Assembly: GCA_052390515.1 (NCBI GenBank)
Contig: JBQTGV010000168.1
Span: forward strand, 1-19,592
From: Candidatus Eiseniibacteriota bacterium
GTDB lineage: Bacteria > ARS69
Length of the DNA: 19,592 nt
Direction: 5' to 3'
Under the pieces are notes generated by a model that saw only the letters and a list, made by a program, of their open reading frames with translations, had not been told where the DNA came from and did no database searches. Made by a program: the position numbers and the translations under genes. This document shows positions 1 to 10,174 of the stretch, in pieces (within the stretch, counting starts at the first letter, position 1; each line of letters begins with the position of its first letter).

Positions 1-386
1 GCCTCGCGGAGCTCACGCTCGTAGTCGGCCGCCGCCGCTGCGGGATCGGGATGCTCGCCGTGGATCCGGTGGATCCGCTCCGCCGCGGCGCCGATGGGCG
101 AGAGGAGCGCGCGGGAGGCCATGCGGAAGTTCGAGTCGGGGTGATCCGGCGGCACGCAACGCTCGTCGCCGAACCAGAAGTCCCACCGCGCGAAGTCCGC
201 GTCGGCCCGCCGGCGGGCGATCTCCTCATAGAGGGCGCGCGGCGTGGTGCCCCCGGCCAGCACGATTCGGAACGTCCCGCGTGCCGCGACCGCGTCAGCC
301 GCGCGCCGCAGCACCTCCGCCGCGCCCTCTCGCGCGAGCTCGCCCGGATCCTCGAGCACGCGGACCGTCGGGAGGCGGCCGGCCAC
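1..386 (-). CDS. pgl: 6-phosphogluconolactonase (3' end truncated by window edge; absent from ORF track)
   Basis: Manual translation from GTG at 386, 2 nt after the zwf stop: MAGRLPTVRVLEDPGELAREGAAEVLRRAADAVAARGTFRIVLAGGTTPRALY...WDFWFGDERCVPPDHPDSNFRMA. Contains the Pgl/DevB motifs LAGGxTP and GDERxVPPDHPDSN. Confidence 0.95.
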   Translation of the reverse strand, partial: MAGRLPTVRVLEDPGELAREGAAEVLRRAADAVAARGTFRIVLAGGTTPRALYEEIARRRADADFARWDFWFGDERCVPPDHPDSNFRMASRALLSPIGAAAERIHRIHGEHPDPAAAAADYERELRE

Positions 387-388
387 GC

Positions 389-1912
389 CTAGTCCGACGT
401 CCGCCAGCGGCGCCCGTCCCGCTCCAGCAGCTGGTCCGCCTCCGGCGGGCCCCACGATCCCGCCGGATAGTTCGGGAAGCTTCGCGGAGTCAGCGCCTGC
501 CAGACGTCCAGCGTGGGCTGCACGACGCGCCATCCGGCCTCGACCATGTCGGCGCGCTGGAAGAGCGTCTGGTCGCCGAGCATCGCGTCGTAGAGCAGCC
601 GCTCGTAGCCGGTCGCGGGCGCGCTTCCGAAGTGATCGGCGTACTGGAAGCTCATGTCCACGGTGCCGATCTGCATCGTCGCGCCGGGGATCTTCGCCCC
701 GAAGTGCAGCTGGATTCCTTCGTCGGGCTGAACGTGGATGACGAGCCGATTGGACGCCAGCCGTTCGACGGGAGTGCCGCGGAACAGGGAGAACGGCGGC
801 CGCCGGAACTGGACCACGATCTCGGTGGTGCGCCTGCGCAGCGCCTTGCCCACGCGCAGATAGAAGGGCACGTCCTTCCACCGCCAGTTGTCGATGCCGA
901 GCTTCATGGCCACGAACGTCTCCGTCGCCGACCCCGGCGCGACGTTCTTCTCCGATCGATACGCGGGAAGGTCCTTGCGGCCGGCCTGCCCGGCGCCGTA
1001 TTGCCCGCGCACCGTCCGGGTGAGCACGTCCTCGGCGCTCATCGGCTCCACGGCGCGGAGCACCTTCGACTGCTCGTCGCGCACGGCGTTCGCGTCGAAG
1101 GAGATCGGGCACTCCAGCGCCACGAGCGAGATCAGCTGAAAGATGTGGTTCGGCACCATGTCGCGCAGGGCGCCGGCGTGGTCGTAGTAGCCGCCGCGCC
1201 CCTCGACGCCGAGCGTCTCGGCCACGGTGATCTGCACGTGGTCGACGTAACGGCGGTTCCAGATCGGCTCGAAGATGCCGTTGGAGAAGCGGAAGACGAG
1301 CAGGTTCTGCACCGTCTCCTTCCCGAGGTAGTGGTCGATGCGGTAGATCTGCCGCTCGGAGAGCACGCGGCGCAGCTCCTCGTTCAGGGCGACGGCGCTG
1401 GCGAGATCCCGGCCGAACGGCTTCTCCACGATGGTGCGGCGCCAGCGTCCCTCGCTCTCCGCGGAGAGCCCGACGTCGGACAGCGCGCGCGTGGTGGGGC
1501 AGAAGTGCTCCGGCGCAGTGGCCAGGTAGAAGAGCACGTTGCCGCGCGTGCGGTGACGCTGCTCGATCTCCCCGAGCAGTCGCGCCAGCTCCTGGAAGCT
1601 CTCCGGCTTCGTCACGTCGCCCGTGACGTAGTGCAGCCGGCTCTCGATCCGCTCCCACAGCTTCGCGTCGAGCTGGCCGACTCCGTAGGTGCGAATGTCC
1701 TCGCTCATCCGGGCGCGGAACGCCTCGGTGGTCATCTCGGTGCGCGCCACGCCGACCACGGCGAAGTCGTCGGAGAGGAGCTGCTGCCTGGCGAGGTTGC
1801 ACAGAGCCGGGATCAGCTTGCGCTTGGTGAGGTCGCCGGACGCGCCGAACAGCACCATCGCGCACGGGGGGGCGACCTGTCCCGGCGCGCCCCCGGAGAC
1901 CGGGTCGATCAT
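389..1912 (-). CDS. zwf: Glucose-6-phosphate 1-dehydrogenase (507 aa)
   Basis: Motifs [50 protein letters not shown] and [12 protein letters not shown]. Start moved to ATG 1912 (MIDPV), preceded by AAGGAG and 2 nt from the upstream stop. Confidence 0.97.
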   Translation of the reverse strand: MIDPVSGGAPGQVAPPCAMVLFGASGDLTKRKLIPALCNLARQQLLSDDFAVVGVARTEMTTEAFRARMSEDIRTYGVGQLDAKLWERIESRLHYVTGDVTKPESFQELARLLGEIEQRHRTRGNVLFYLATAPEHFCPTTRALSDVGLSAESEGRWRRTIVEKPFGRDLASAVALNEELRRVLSERQIYRIDHYLGKETVQNLLVFRFSNGIFEPIWNRRYVDHVQITVAETLGVEGRGGYYDHAGALRDMVPNHIFQLISLVALECPISFDANAVRDEQSKVLRAVEPMSAEDVLTRTVRGQYGAGQAGRKDLPAYRSEKNVAPGSATETFVAMKLGIDNWRWKDVPFYLRVGKALRRRTTEIVVQFRRPPFSLFRGTPVERLASNRLVIHVQPDEGIQLHFGAKIPGATMQIGTVDMSFQYADHFGSAPATGYERLLYDAMLGDQTLFQRADMVEAGWRVVQPTLDVWQALTPRSFPNYPAGSWGPPEADQLLERDGRRWRTSD

Positions 1913-1914
1913 GG

Positions 1915-4900
1915 TCACTCCTTCCGAGGCGTCTCCGTGTGCCCGCCGAACTTCGCCCGCATGGCGGAGAGCAGGCGCTCCGCGAAGGTGTGCTCCTGCC
2001 GGGAGCGGAAGCGCGCGTAGAGCGAGGCGGTGAGCACGTCGGCGGGAACGGCCTCCTCGACGGCGGCGAGCACGGTCCAGCGCCCTTCGCCGGAGTCCTG
2101 CACGTAGCCCGTGTACCGTGCGAGCTTCGGATCCTCGGCCAGCGCCATCGCGGTCAGGTCCAGGAGCCACGAGCCGACGACGCTGCCGCGACGCCACAGC
2201 TCGGCCACGTCGGCGAGGTCGAAGTCGTAGCGCTGCCCGGCGGGCGCGTCCGGCCGCGCGGCGCTCTTCAAGATGTCGAAGCCCTCGGCGTACGCCTGCA
2301 TCATCCCGTACTCGATCCCGTTGTGGATCATCTTGACGAAGTGCCCCCCGCCCACCGGACCGCAGTGCAGGTAGCCGCGCGCGGCCGTGCTGACGCGCGC
2401 CTCTCGCCCCACGCTCTCCTTCACGTCTCCGCGGCCGGGGGCGAGTGTCTCGAGGACGGGCTCGAGCAGGGCGAAGGCCTCGTCCGTCCCGCCGGCCATC
2501 AGGCAGTAGCCGCGCTCGAGTCCCCAGATCCCGCCGCTCGTCCCGACGTCGGCGTAGCGGATGCCCTTGGCGCCGAGCTCCCTCGCGCGCCGCACATCGT
2601 CCTTGAAGTGGCTGTTGCCGCCGTCGACGATCAGGTCGCCGGGCGCCGCGAGATCGCCCAGCTCCCGGACGACCTTCTCGGTGGGTTCCCCGGCCGGCAC
2701 CATGACCCAGAGGATCCGCGGGCTCGGCATGAGCCGGACCGCCTCGGCCAGCGTGTACGCGGCCTTCGCGCCGTCCCTGGCCAGGGCGTCGACGGGCTCG
2801 CGCGTCGCGTCGCAGGCGATCACCTCGTGACCGGCGCGCAGAAGGCGCCGGGCCATGTTCGCCCCCATGCGTCCCAGGCCGATCATGGCCACCGTGCGCC
2901 GGCGAGCGGACGCCGAGACCGGCCCGGAGAGCGCGGCGCGCACCGCCCGTCTCAGCAGGTCCAGATCGTCGCTCACGCCGGCGCCGAGGTGCACGCGGAG
3001 CGCGCGGCGCCCGCGTTCGGCCAGCACCGTGAAATCGCCGCGGGCCTGGGTGCTCTTCACCACGCCGAACGTGTACCGCTGGTCCGGGACGGGAAGATCG
3101 CGCGCGTCGTCGCAGGTCACCTGCAGGAAGAGGCCCGTCGGGGGACCTCCCTTGTAGGCCTGGCCGGTGGAGTGCAGGAAGCGCGGCCCGAAGCCGAGGC
3201 AGGTTGCGACCCGCTTCGCGTCCCGCACCGCGTGCCGCATGTCCTGCAGCAGCGCCTCGTGCCGTGCGCTCATCTCCACGTAGGCGAGCAGCGCCGCGTA
3301 GTCGCCGGGCTGGAGCCGCGCGAAGTGCGCGGCGAGGAAGCTCGCGAGCGTCGAGCCGGCGCCGGCCTTCCGCAGCGCATCGGCGTTGGCCGGATCGGTG
3401 AACAGGCGGATGTTCCCCTCGACGAGGACGGGGGACTCGGGCGGCAGGCTGCCCGTCCGTTCGTAGGCCTCGGAGAGCTTACGCGTCTCGACCTTGCTCG
3501 CCTCGACGTCGGGCTGGTCGAAGGGATGGATGCCGAGCACCGCGCCGGCCACCGCCGTGGCGGTCTCCCAGCGGAAGAACTCCCCGGCAAGATCGTACGC
3601 ATCGCGGAGCGTGATGCGCACGACCGGATGACCCGCATCCTCCAGCGCGGCGAGCGCGCTCTCCTCGTTCGTGTCGGTCTCGCTCTCGAGACGCAGCACG
3701 ACGAACACGCGGTCCGGGCCGTACGCCTCCGGCCCGGCCAGAGCCTCGAGGTCCACGGGGATCACCGCGCGGCCGGCCTTGCCGGTGGACTCGGCCAGGA
3801 GCTGCTCGAGCCACGCGCCGAGGGAGCGGATCCCCGGCGAAGCCAGCAGGGTCAGCTTGTCGCGGCCGGCGCGCGCCGCCGAGCCCAGCACGACGCCGAG
3901 CTGCACGCCGGGGTTTCGCGCCGGAGGGACGTCGGGTCCGCAGGCCTTCGCCATCCGCGCCGCCCGATCCAGGAACCGCGGGACGTCCACGCCGAGAAGC
4001 GCCGCCGGCACCATTCCGAAATCCGAGAGCACGGAGTACCTGCCGCCGATGGTCGGCATACCGTAGAAGACGCGGCGGAATCCGCGCGCCTCGGCCACCT
4101 GCTGCATCTTCGAGCCCGGATCGGTGATGGCTGCGAACTGCCGGCCGGCGCGCTCGCGTCCGGCGAAGGCGGCGACTCGCTCGAAGAAGTGCTGCTGGAA
4201 GATGTTCGGCTCGAGCGTGCTGCCGGACTTGCTCGCCACCAGGAACAGGGTCCGAGCCAAGTCGAGCTTCGCCTCGGTGCTCGCGACCTGCGCCGGATCG
4301 GTCGAGTCGAGCACGTGGAACGCCGGCGCCCCCGGGAGCCGGCCGAAGGTCTCGGCCAGAACCTCCGGGCCGAGGCTCGAGCCGCCCATCCCGAGGAGCA
4401 GCACGTGCGCGAAGCCGGCCTCGCGGACTTCGGCGGCGAAGGACGCGAACCGCGCCGTATCCCGCTGCTGCTCGGCGACGACGTCCAGCCACCCGAGCCA
4501 GCGGGACTCGTCGCCGCCGGTCCAGAGCCCGGCGTCCTTCTTCCAGAGACGCGCCACGCTGCCCTGCTCGGTCCAGCGGCGGAGGGTCGCGTCGACGTCC
4601 GCGGTCAGCCGCTCGGGCAGGACGGCGCTCATGCGCGTGTCGAACGAGGATCCCGGCGAAGGGAAGCGCGCGGCCAAGGCGGCGAGGAGCCGGTCGAACG
4701 CTTCCTCGAACAGGACGAGCCCCTCGTCCAGCAGCTTGGCGGTCACGTCCTCGAGGGAGATGCCGAGCCGCCAGAGCAGAGCGAGCGTCTCCCGTGCACC
4801 GGCCACGTCCTCCACCAGCGAAGGTCGCGCTTTGCCGTGATCGCGGAAGGCATCCCAGGTCGCGCGAGGCACGGTGTTCACGGTCTCGCGGCCGATCAGC

Positions 4901-5808
4901 TCGTCGACGTAGAGCGTGTCCGGGTAGCGCGGGTCCTTCGTGCCGGTGCTGGCCCACAGCAGTCGCTGCGGGCGGGCGCCCGCGGCGGCGAGCGCCTTCC
5001 ATCGCGGCGCCTCCACCAGCTCGAGCCAGGCCTGGTAGGCGAGCTTCGCGTTGGCGACGGCGGTCTTGCCCGCCAGGTGTCCGGCGAGATCGCGCTCCGC
5101 TGCCGAGCCGGCGCTCCTCGCCTTCTCCGCCAGCAGCCGGTCGACGGCCGTGTCGATGCGGCTGACGAAGAAGCTCGCCACGCTGGCGACGCGGGAGACG
5201 TCGCCGCCGCGGCGGCACAGATCCTCGAGCGCGGCGAGATGGACCTCCGCCACGCGCCGGTACGTCTCGACGGAGAAGAGCAGCGTGATGTTGACGTGGA
5301 TCCCCTCGGCGAGCAGCTCACGGACGGCGAGGAGCCCCTCGCTCGTGCCGGGCACCTTGATCATCACGTTGGGGCGCGACGTCCGCTTCCACAGGCGGCG
5401 CGCCTCGTCGACGGTGCCGCGTGCGTCGCGGGCGAGGTGCGGGGACACCTCCAGGCTCACGAACCCGTCGCGGCCGTCCGTCGCGCGGTAGAGAGGCAGG
5501 AAGGCGTCGGCCGCGCGGCGGATGTCGGCGACGGCGATCTCCTCGTACACGTCCTTGGTGTGCGTCGCGCAGCGGCGGCCGGCTCGGTCCAGCTCGACGC
5601 GGTACTCTTCGCCCGCGGTGATGGCCTTCTCGAAGATCGCCGGGTTGGAAGTCATCCCGCGGAGCCCGTCGCGCTCGATGAGCCGCGCGAGCTCCCCGCT
5701 GTCCATCAGCTGCCTCGTGATGGTGTCCAGCCACAGGGACTGGCCCTGATCGGCCAGCTCGGTCAGCGGACTCTTCGGTGTTGCTTCCGTCTTGGGGTTC
5801 GGCGACAT
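1915..5808 (-). CDS. Triple fusion: transaldolase (~4670-5808) + phosphoglucose isomerase (~2930-4630) + short-type decarboxylating 6-phosphogluconate dehydrogenase (~1915-2895), 1297 aa
   Basis: [159 protein letters not shown]. Start set at ATG 5808 (MSPNPK) with GGAGAG upstream. Confidence 0.93.
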   Translation of the reverse strand: MSPNPKTEATPKSPLTELADQGQSLWLDTITRQLMDSGELARLIERDGLRGMTSNPAIFEKAITAGEEYRVELDRAGRRCATHTKDVYEEIAVADIRRAADAFLPLYRATDGRDGFVSLEVSPHLARDARGTVDEARRLWKRTSRPNVMIKVPGTSEGLLAVRELLAEGIHVNITLLFSVETYRRVAEVHLAALEDLCRRGGDVSRVASVASFFVSRIDTAVDRLLAEKARSAGSAAERDLAGHLAGKTAVANAKLAYQAWLELVEAPRWKALAAAGARPQRLLWASTGTKDPRYPDTLYVDELIGRETVNTVPRATWDAFRDHGKARPSLVEDVAGARETLALLWRLGISLEDVTAKLLDEGLVLFEEAFDRLLAALAARFPSPGSSFDTRMSAVLPERLTADVDATLRRWTEQGSVARLWKKDAGLWTGGDESRWLGWLDVVAEQQRDTARFASFAAEVREAGFAHVLLLGMGGSSLGPEVLAETFGRLPGAPAFHVLDSTDPAQVASTEAKLDLARTLFLVASKSGSTLEPNIFQQHFFERVAAFAGRERAGRQFAAITDPGSKMQQVAEARGFRRVFYGMPTIGGRYSVLSDFGMVPAALLGVDVPRFLDRAARMAKACGPDVPPARNPGVQLGVVLGSAARAGRDKLTLLASPGIRSLGAWLEQLLAESTGKAGRAVIPVDLEALAGPEAYGPDRVFVVLRLESETDTNEESALAALEDAGHPVVRITLRDAYDLAGEFFRWETATAVAGAVLGIHPFDQPDVEASKVETRKLSEAYERTGSLPPESPVLVEGNIRLFTDPANADALRKAGAGSTLASFLAAHFARLQPGDYAALLAYVEMSARHEALLQDMRHAVRDAKRVATCLGFGPRFLHSTGQAYKGGPPTGLFLQVTCDDARDLPVPDQRYTFGVVKSTQARGDFTVLAERGRRALRVHLGAGVSDDLDLLRRAVRAALSGPVSASARRRTVAMIGLGRMGANMARRLLRAGHEVIACDATREPVDALARDGAKAAYTLAEAVRLMPSPRILWVMVPAGEPTEKVVRELGDLAAPGDLIVDGGNSHFKDDVRRARELGAKGIRYADVGTSGGIWGLERGYCLMAGGTDEAFALLEPVLETLAPGRGDVKESVGREARVSTAARGYLHCGPVGGGHFVKMIHNGIEYGMMQAYAEGFDILKSAARPDAPAGQRYDFDLADVAELWRRGSVVGSWLLDLTAMALAEDPKLARYTGYVQDSGEGRWTVLAAVEEAVPADVLTASLYARFRSRQEHTFAERLLSAMRAKFGGHTETPRKE

Positions 5809-5863
5809 CGCTCTCTCCGGCGGCCCGCGTTCCCGGGGTCGGGAAGGCTCGAGCGGACGGTGG

Positions 5864-5869
5864 ATTCTA
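5864..5869 (-). promoter_or_regulatory. Candidate sigma70 -10 box (TAGAAT) for the PPP operon
   Basis: TAGAAT ~55 nt upstream of ATG 5808 in a GC-rich background; no convincing -35. Confidence 0.4.
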
Positions 5870-5906
5870 AGGGAGAACGGCGAACAGGGCGCGGGGGAAG
5901 AGGGGG

Positions 5907-6040
5907 CGGGCTCAGACAGTCCTCGCGGGTGCACACGGTCCCTCTCCACGGACCCTGTGGCTCAGGTGCCTGCGCACCGCTGCGGAACTCGCGCGGGCCC
6001 CGTCCTCGAGGCGACGCGTCGCGAGCACTGTCTGAGCCCG
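5907..6040. repeat. 134-bp element bounded by a 21-bp inverted repeat (REP/MITE-like or structured RNA)
   Basis: 5907-5927 CGGGCTCAGACAGTCCTCGCG is the reverse complement of 6020-6040 CGCGAGCACTGTCTGAGCCCG at 20/21 positions. Internal hairpins GGTCC..GGACC and GGTGC..GCACC. Confidence 0.75.
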
Positions 6041-6109
6041 GGCCAGGCCCTTGGCCTCGCGCAAGACTCTCTGGCCGTCCAAGAGTGACCCACCACCGAC
6101 GGGGAGTTG

Positions 6110-8629
6110 TCACCCCCCGAGCTCGCCGATCTCCGCCAAGTCCTGCCGGGCGGCGACGACCCAGCTCGACGTGGAGTCGCCGAGGGCGACGAGGATGTTG
6201 TGCCCGGTGCCGGTCTCCTTCGCCGCCTCGGCCCCGCGTCCCTGGCGAAGGAGCGTTCGCCCGAGCTTGATCCGGGCGATCGCCACGTTGAGGTGATTCT
6301 CGGAGAGAGTCCTGGAGAAGAGCGCCGTCACTTCGCGGAGCAGCTCCTCGGCGCGGCTCCACTCTTCCCGCGCCATGTGCACGCTGGCGAGGTTGGAGAG
6401 AGCGACGCCGAGGACGTCGTGCTCCTCGCCGTGGACCGCGCGGTAGATCTCCACCATCCGCCGGAAGTGCTTCTCCGCGTCGTCGAGATCACCGCGCTGC
6501 AGCGCCACCCGGCCCAGCTCGTTCAGCGCCGAGGCCACGCGTGGATGGATCGGACCGAGCGCCCGCTCCAGAACGAGGAGCGCCTGCTCCAGCTCGACCA
6601 CGGCCTCGTCCAGCCGGCCCTGCGACACGAGCGCCCGGGCCAGCATGGTGCGGTTGGTGGCCGCCTTGGGGTGGTCGTCGCCGTACCACGAGCGCGTCAG
6701 GTCCAGAGCCTCGCGGAACCAGCGCTCGGCCTCGTCGTGCCGGCCGAGCTGGGAGCGGACCGCGCCGAGGTTGATCAGGTTGTCGGCGAGCGAGGGGTGG
6801 CGCTCGCCGAGCACGCGCCGGGAGATGTCCAGCACGCGCTGGTTGAGGGAGTCGGACGCGACGTAGTGGCCGGCATAGAAGTGGACGTTGGCCAGCTCGT
6901 GGAAAGCCATGGCGAGGTCCAGGTCCTCCGGCGCGTCCGCGTCGCGCAGGCTCAGGGCCTCCTCGAGCACGGCGATGGCATCGTCGTACTGCCCCCGCGA
7001 GACTAGCACCTCGCCGAGAGCGACGAGCGCCGACGCGATGTCGGGATGGGCCCGCGGCAGCGTGCGGCGGGTGATCTCCAGACCCTCACGCACGAGCCGC
7101 TCGGCATCGTCGTACTCGGCCCGCGCCGTCCGCACGAGCCCGAGCGCGACCATCGCCCGGGCCACGTCGGGGTGCTCGTTGCCGAGCAGAGCGCGGCGTC
7201 CGTCGAGCGCCGCCACGAGCAGCGAGTCGGCCTGCTCGAATCGTCCGAGCTGCGTCTGGATCTCTCCGAGCGTCTGGAAGAGCTCGCTCTGCGCCACCGG
7301 GTCGGCGTCGAGCATCCGCGCCTCGGCGAGCCCACGATCGAGGAGGGTCACGACGCGCAGGCTGTCGGGAGGCGCCGCCTCTTCTTCGCCCCCCTCGAAG
7401 AGAGACAGCATGAAACGCTGGATGCGCTGCGCGCGCTCGGCCTCGGCAACCGCCGCATTGCGCGCGCCGGCGAGACGCGCCCCGTAGAACGCGACCAACA
7501 CGACGACCGCGGCGAAGACCGCCGCCGTCACCGCGAGCGCCGCGCGGTGCCTCCGCACGAACTTCGCCGTGCGGTAGCCCAGGCTGTCCGGACGCGCCTC
7601 CAGCGGCTCGCCGGCGAGGTAATGGTCCACGTCGCGGATGAAGGCATCGACCGTGGCGTAGCGCCGCTGCGGATCTTCGCGGAGCGCGGTGAGGCACAGC
7701 ACGTCGAGATCGGCCCAGGCGGACCTGCCGGGCGAGCGCGGCATTCCCGGCGCGCGCGCGGCCGCGGAGGGAGGCTGGCCGGCGGGAAGACTTCCGGTGA
7801 GCAGCTGGTGGAGGATCACGCCGAGTGCCCACACGTCGGTGTACACGCCGAGCGGGCCGCCGGTCACCTGCTCCGGCGCGGCGTACGCCGGCGTCACCAG
7901 GCGCCACGCCGTCCGCGTCCGGTCGGCGTCCCCCTGCAGGCTGTCCAGGGACTTGGCGATGCCGAAGTCCAGGAGCTTGATCGTCCCGTCGGTGCGCACC
8001 AGGATGTTGGACGGCTTGAGATCTCGGTGGATGATGGCGTGACGATGTGCGTGCCGGACCGCTTCGCACACGTCGCGGAAGAGGCGAAGGCGCTCCTCGA
8101 CCGGGCAGCGGCGCGCCTCGCAGTGCTCGGTGAGCGGGACGCCGTCCACGTACTCCATGGCGATCCACGGCGTGCCGTCGGCCAGGGCGCCGGCGTCGAG
8201 CAGCCGCGCGATGGACGGGTGGTCGATCTGCGCGAGCATGCGCTGCTCGCTCTCGAAGCGCTCGCGGCGAGCGGGGGAGAGCCACGCGTCCCGCAGGATC
8301 TTGAGCGCGACCACGCTTCCCAGATCCGCGCGCTCGGCGAGGAACACCACGCCCATCCCGCCTTCGCCGAGCAGCCGGACCGGTCGATAGGGTCCGAAAT
8401 CGCGCGTCGGAACTTCCGGCCCGTCAGCGAGCACGCGTCTCGCCACGGCACCCAGCTCGGAATCGACGAGCGTCTCGCGGGCGTCCTCCTCCAGCATTCC
8501 CAGGACGTCGGCGAGGAGCACCCCGTCCCCGCCGCATTCGCCTTCGAGGAACGAGCGCTGCCCGCCGGTGGGCAGCTCGGTCGCCCGGTGAAAGAGGTCC
8601 TGCATGCGTTCCCAGCGAACGGTGTCCAC
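6110..8629 (-). CDS. Membrane Hanks-type Ser/Thr kinase with C-terminal TPR array (ECF-associated type), 839 aa
   Basis: LGEGGMGVV, VALKIL, HRDLKPSNIL, DFG, TPAYAAPEQ, DVWALG. One TM segment (ALAVTAAVFAAVVVLVAFYG), then ~42-aa kinesin-light-chain-like TPRs (LGxxHPxxA). N-terminal RWERxxxLF extension typical of ECF-linked kinases. GTG start with GGGGAG. Confidence 0.95.
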   Translation of the reverse strand: MDTVRWERMQDLFHRATELPTGGQRSFLEGECGGDGVLLADVLGMLEEDARETLVDSELGAVARRVLADGPEVPTRDFGPYRPVRLLGEGGMGVVFLAERADLGSVVALKILRDAWLSPARRERFESEQRMLAQIDHPSIARLLDAGALADGTPWIAMEYVDGVPLTEHCEARRCPVEERLRLFRDVCEAVRHAHRHAIIHRDLKPSNILVRTDGTIKLLDFGIAKSLDSLQGDADRTRTAWRLVTPAYAAPEQVTGGPLGVYTDVWALGVILHQLLTGSLPAGQPPSAAARAPGMPRSPGRSAWADLDVLCLTALREDPQRRYATVDAFIRDVDHYLAGEPLEARPDSLGYRTAKFVRRHRAALAVTAAVFAAVVVLVAFYGARLAGARNAAVAEAERAQRIQRFMLSLFEGGEEEAAPPDSLRVVTLLDRGLAEARMLDADPVAQSELFQTLGEIQTQLGRFEQADSLLVAALDGRRALLGNEHPDVARAMVALGLVRTARAEYDDAERLVREGLEITRRTLPRAHPDIASALVALGEVLVSRGQYDDAIAVLEEALSLRDADAPEDLDLAMAFHELANVHFYAGHYVASDSLNQRVLDISRRVLGERHPSLADNLINLGAVRSQLGRHDEAERWFREALDLTRSWYGDDHPKAATNRTMLARALVSQGRLDEAVVELEQALLVLERALGPIHPRVASALNELGRVALQRGDLDDAEKHFRRMVEIYRAVHGEEHDVLGVALSNLASVHMAREEWSRAEELLREVTALFSRTLSENHLNVAIARIKLGRTLLRQGRGAEAAKETGTGHNILVALGDSTSSWVVAARQDLAEIGELGG

Positions 8630-8649
8630 CGCGGCTCCCCGGCGGGCGG

Positions 8650-9165
8650 TCAGGCGGAACGGCGCAGCTCGTGCGCCAGCCAGGCACGGGCGGCGCGCCA
8701 GTCGCGGAGCACGGTGGCCTCGGAGACCTCCAGCAGCTCCGCGGTTTCCTTCGCGTCGAGGCCGCCGAAGAAACGGCTCTCTATCATCGCGGCCTGTCGC
8801 GGGCTCACCTGGGCGAGGCGCTCCATCGCCTCGTCGAGCGCAAGCACGTCCTCGGCCGTTTTCGGGCCGCCGTGCAAGGACTCCTCGAACGTGACGAACG
8901 CCACCCCGGCGCCCCGCTTCTGTGCATTGCGGCGTCGCGCGGCGTCCACCAGCACCTGCCGCATCGCCCGGGCCGCGATCCGCTTGAAGTGCAGCGCCGA
9001 GTCGACGTCGAACGACGGCGATCCCGCGAGCCGCATCCAGGCCTCGTGGACGAGCGCGGTCGGATTGAGCGTGGCGTTGGGGTCGTCCCGGCGGACGCTC
9101 GCGGCGAGTCGGCGGAGCTCCTCGTACGCGAGCGCGAACAGCTGGTCGAGGGATTCACGGTCCAA
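8650..9165 (-). CDS. ECF RNA polymerase sigma factor, kinase-associated (ECF43/TIGR02999-like), 171 aa
   Basis: YEELRRLA, TLNPTALVHEAWMRL, AARAMRQVLVDAARRRNAQKRG, LDEAMERL, RFFGGL..ETAELLEVSEATVLRDWRAARAWL. Start moved to TTG 9165, with GGAGGAG 5 nt upstream. Confidence 0.93.
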   Translation of the reverse strand: MDRESLDQLFALAYEELRRLAASVRRDDPNATLNPTALVHEAWMRLAGSPSFDVDSALHFKRIAARAMRQVLVDAARRRNAQKRGAGVAFVTFEESLHGGPKTAEDVLALDEAMERLAQVSPRQAAMIESRFFGGLDAKETAELLEVSEATVLRDWRAARAWLAHELRRSA

Positions 9166-9208
9166 CGGCGCTCCTCCGGTGCTCCCGGGCCCTGCGGGCC
9201 AGCCCGGG

Positions 9209-9217
9209 AGAGTAGCA
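9209..9217 (-). promoter_or_regulatory. Candidate extended -10 promoter (TGcTACTCT) for the ECF-kinase pair
   Basis: TGnTAnnnT pattern ~45 nt upstream of TTG 9165 in the 88-bp intergenic gap. Confidence 0.35.
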
Positions 9218-9253
9218 TCGGAGGGGGAACCGAGTCGCCCGGGACGCAGCGCA

Positions 9254-10174
9254 TCAGGGCAGCCCGACGTCGAAGGTGCCGCCGACGATGCCGAGCGTGG
9301 CCCCGGAGCCAACCGGGTCGAGCGTCGCCTGGAAGGATCCCGTGGCGCGGTCCGCGGTCAGCGTATCGATCGTCACCGACCCGGACCCCGAGCCGCCGCC
9401 CGAGCAGCAGAACCAGCTGGTCGAGCCGCCGGCGTCGGTCACCTGCAGGCTGCTCGTGCCGCCGAGCACGTACGTTCCGGGCGCGGCGGCCGAGGGCACG
9501 GAGATGCTGATGGTGTAGGCCGTGTTGCTGGTGGCGAGGATGAAGCTCCCGCCGAAGGTGGAAGCGGCCACGGTCGCCGCGTTCCAGGGCGAGCCTCCCA
9601 CGGTCGCGGCCATGCGGCCGCCCATGTTCGCCGGAACCGGATCCAGCGACCCGCCGCTCGCCAGCAACAGGTCGAACGCCCCGTTCGTCACCGTCTTCGT
9701 GCCGGTGGCCGAGCCGGTGGAGGCGTCGGCGCTGAACGAGAACGTCCCGGCGATGCGCGCGGGATCGAGCACGGTGAGGTTCACGGTGCCGGCCGCACCG
9801 GACAGGGGAGTCCCCCAGCCGTCGCCTCCGTCCACGACCAGCCCCGTCCCGCCGTACATCATCGTGTTCATGCCGAGCGGGTACGTGCCCGTCCCGGCGA
9901 TGTTGTAGAGGCTCAGCGAGACGGTGCGGAACTCCGTCGTGCTGAGGACTTCCGTGCCCTGGATCAGGAACGCCCCGGCGATCGGCAGTTCCTGCGCCGT
10001 GATTCCGGTCTCGTCCGCCGACCACGCCGCACCGTCGATCGTCGCGGTCATGGGTCCCCCGCCGCCGTTCTGATTCGGGCCGGAGGCCGCCGGATTGCTC
10101 CCGCCGCCGCCGCAGCCGGCCACCGCGAACAGAAACGCGCCGGCCGCGCCGATTCCGAGAAACCGCGGCCTCAT
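9254..10174 (-). CDS. Lipoprotein with two tandem beta-rich domains (DUF6252-like), 306 aa
   Basis: MRPRFLGIGAAGAFLFAVAG|C lipobox. ATG 10174 overlaps the upstream TGA (ATGA). Repeats MTATIDGAAWSA..GTYPLG..GTFSFSA..GAFDL and MAATVGGSPWNA..GTYVLG..GSFQATL..GTFDV. Family name is from pattern recall only. Confidence 0.85.
   Translation of the reverse strand: MRPRFLGIGAAGAFLFAVAGCGGGGSNPAASGPNQNGGGGPMTATIDGAAWSADETGITAQELPIAGAFLIQGTEVLSTTEFRTVSLSLYNIAGTGTYPLGMNTMMYGGTGLVVDGGDGWGTPLSGAAGTVNLTVLDPARIAGTFSFSADASTGSATGTKTVTNGAFDLLLASGGSLDPVPANMGGRMAATVGGSPWNAATVAASTFGGSFILATSNTAYTISISVPSAAAPGTYVLGGTSSLQVTDAGGSTSWFCCSGGGSGSGSVTIDTLTADRATGSFQATLDPVGSGATLGIVGGTFDVGLP

Noticed and set aside
281-6270. 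Long plus-strand ORFs 281..2020 and 1939..6270
   Set aside because: Antisense shadows of zwf and the TAL-PGI-GND gene caused by high-GC codon bias; no motifs.
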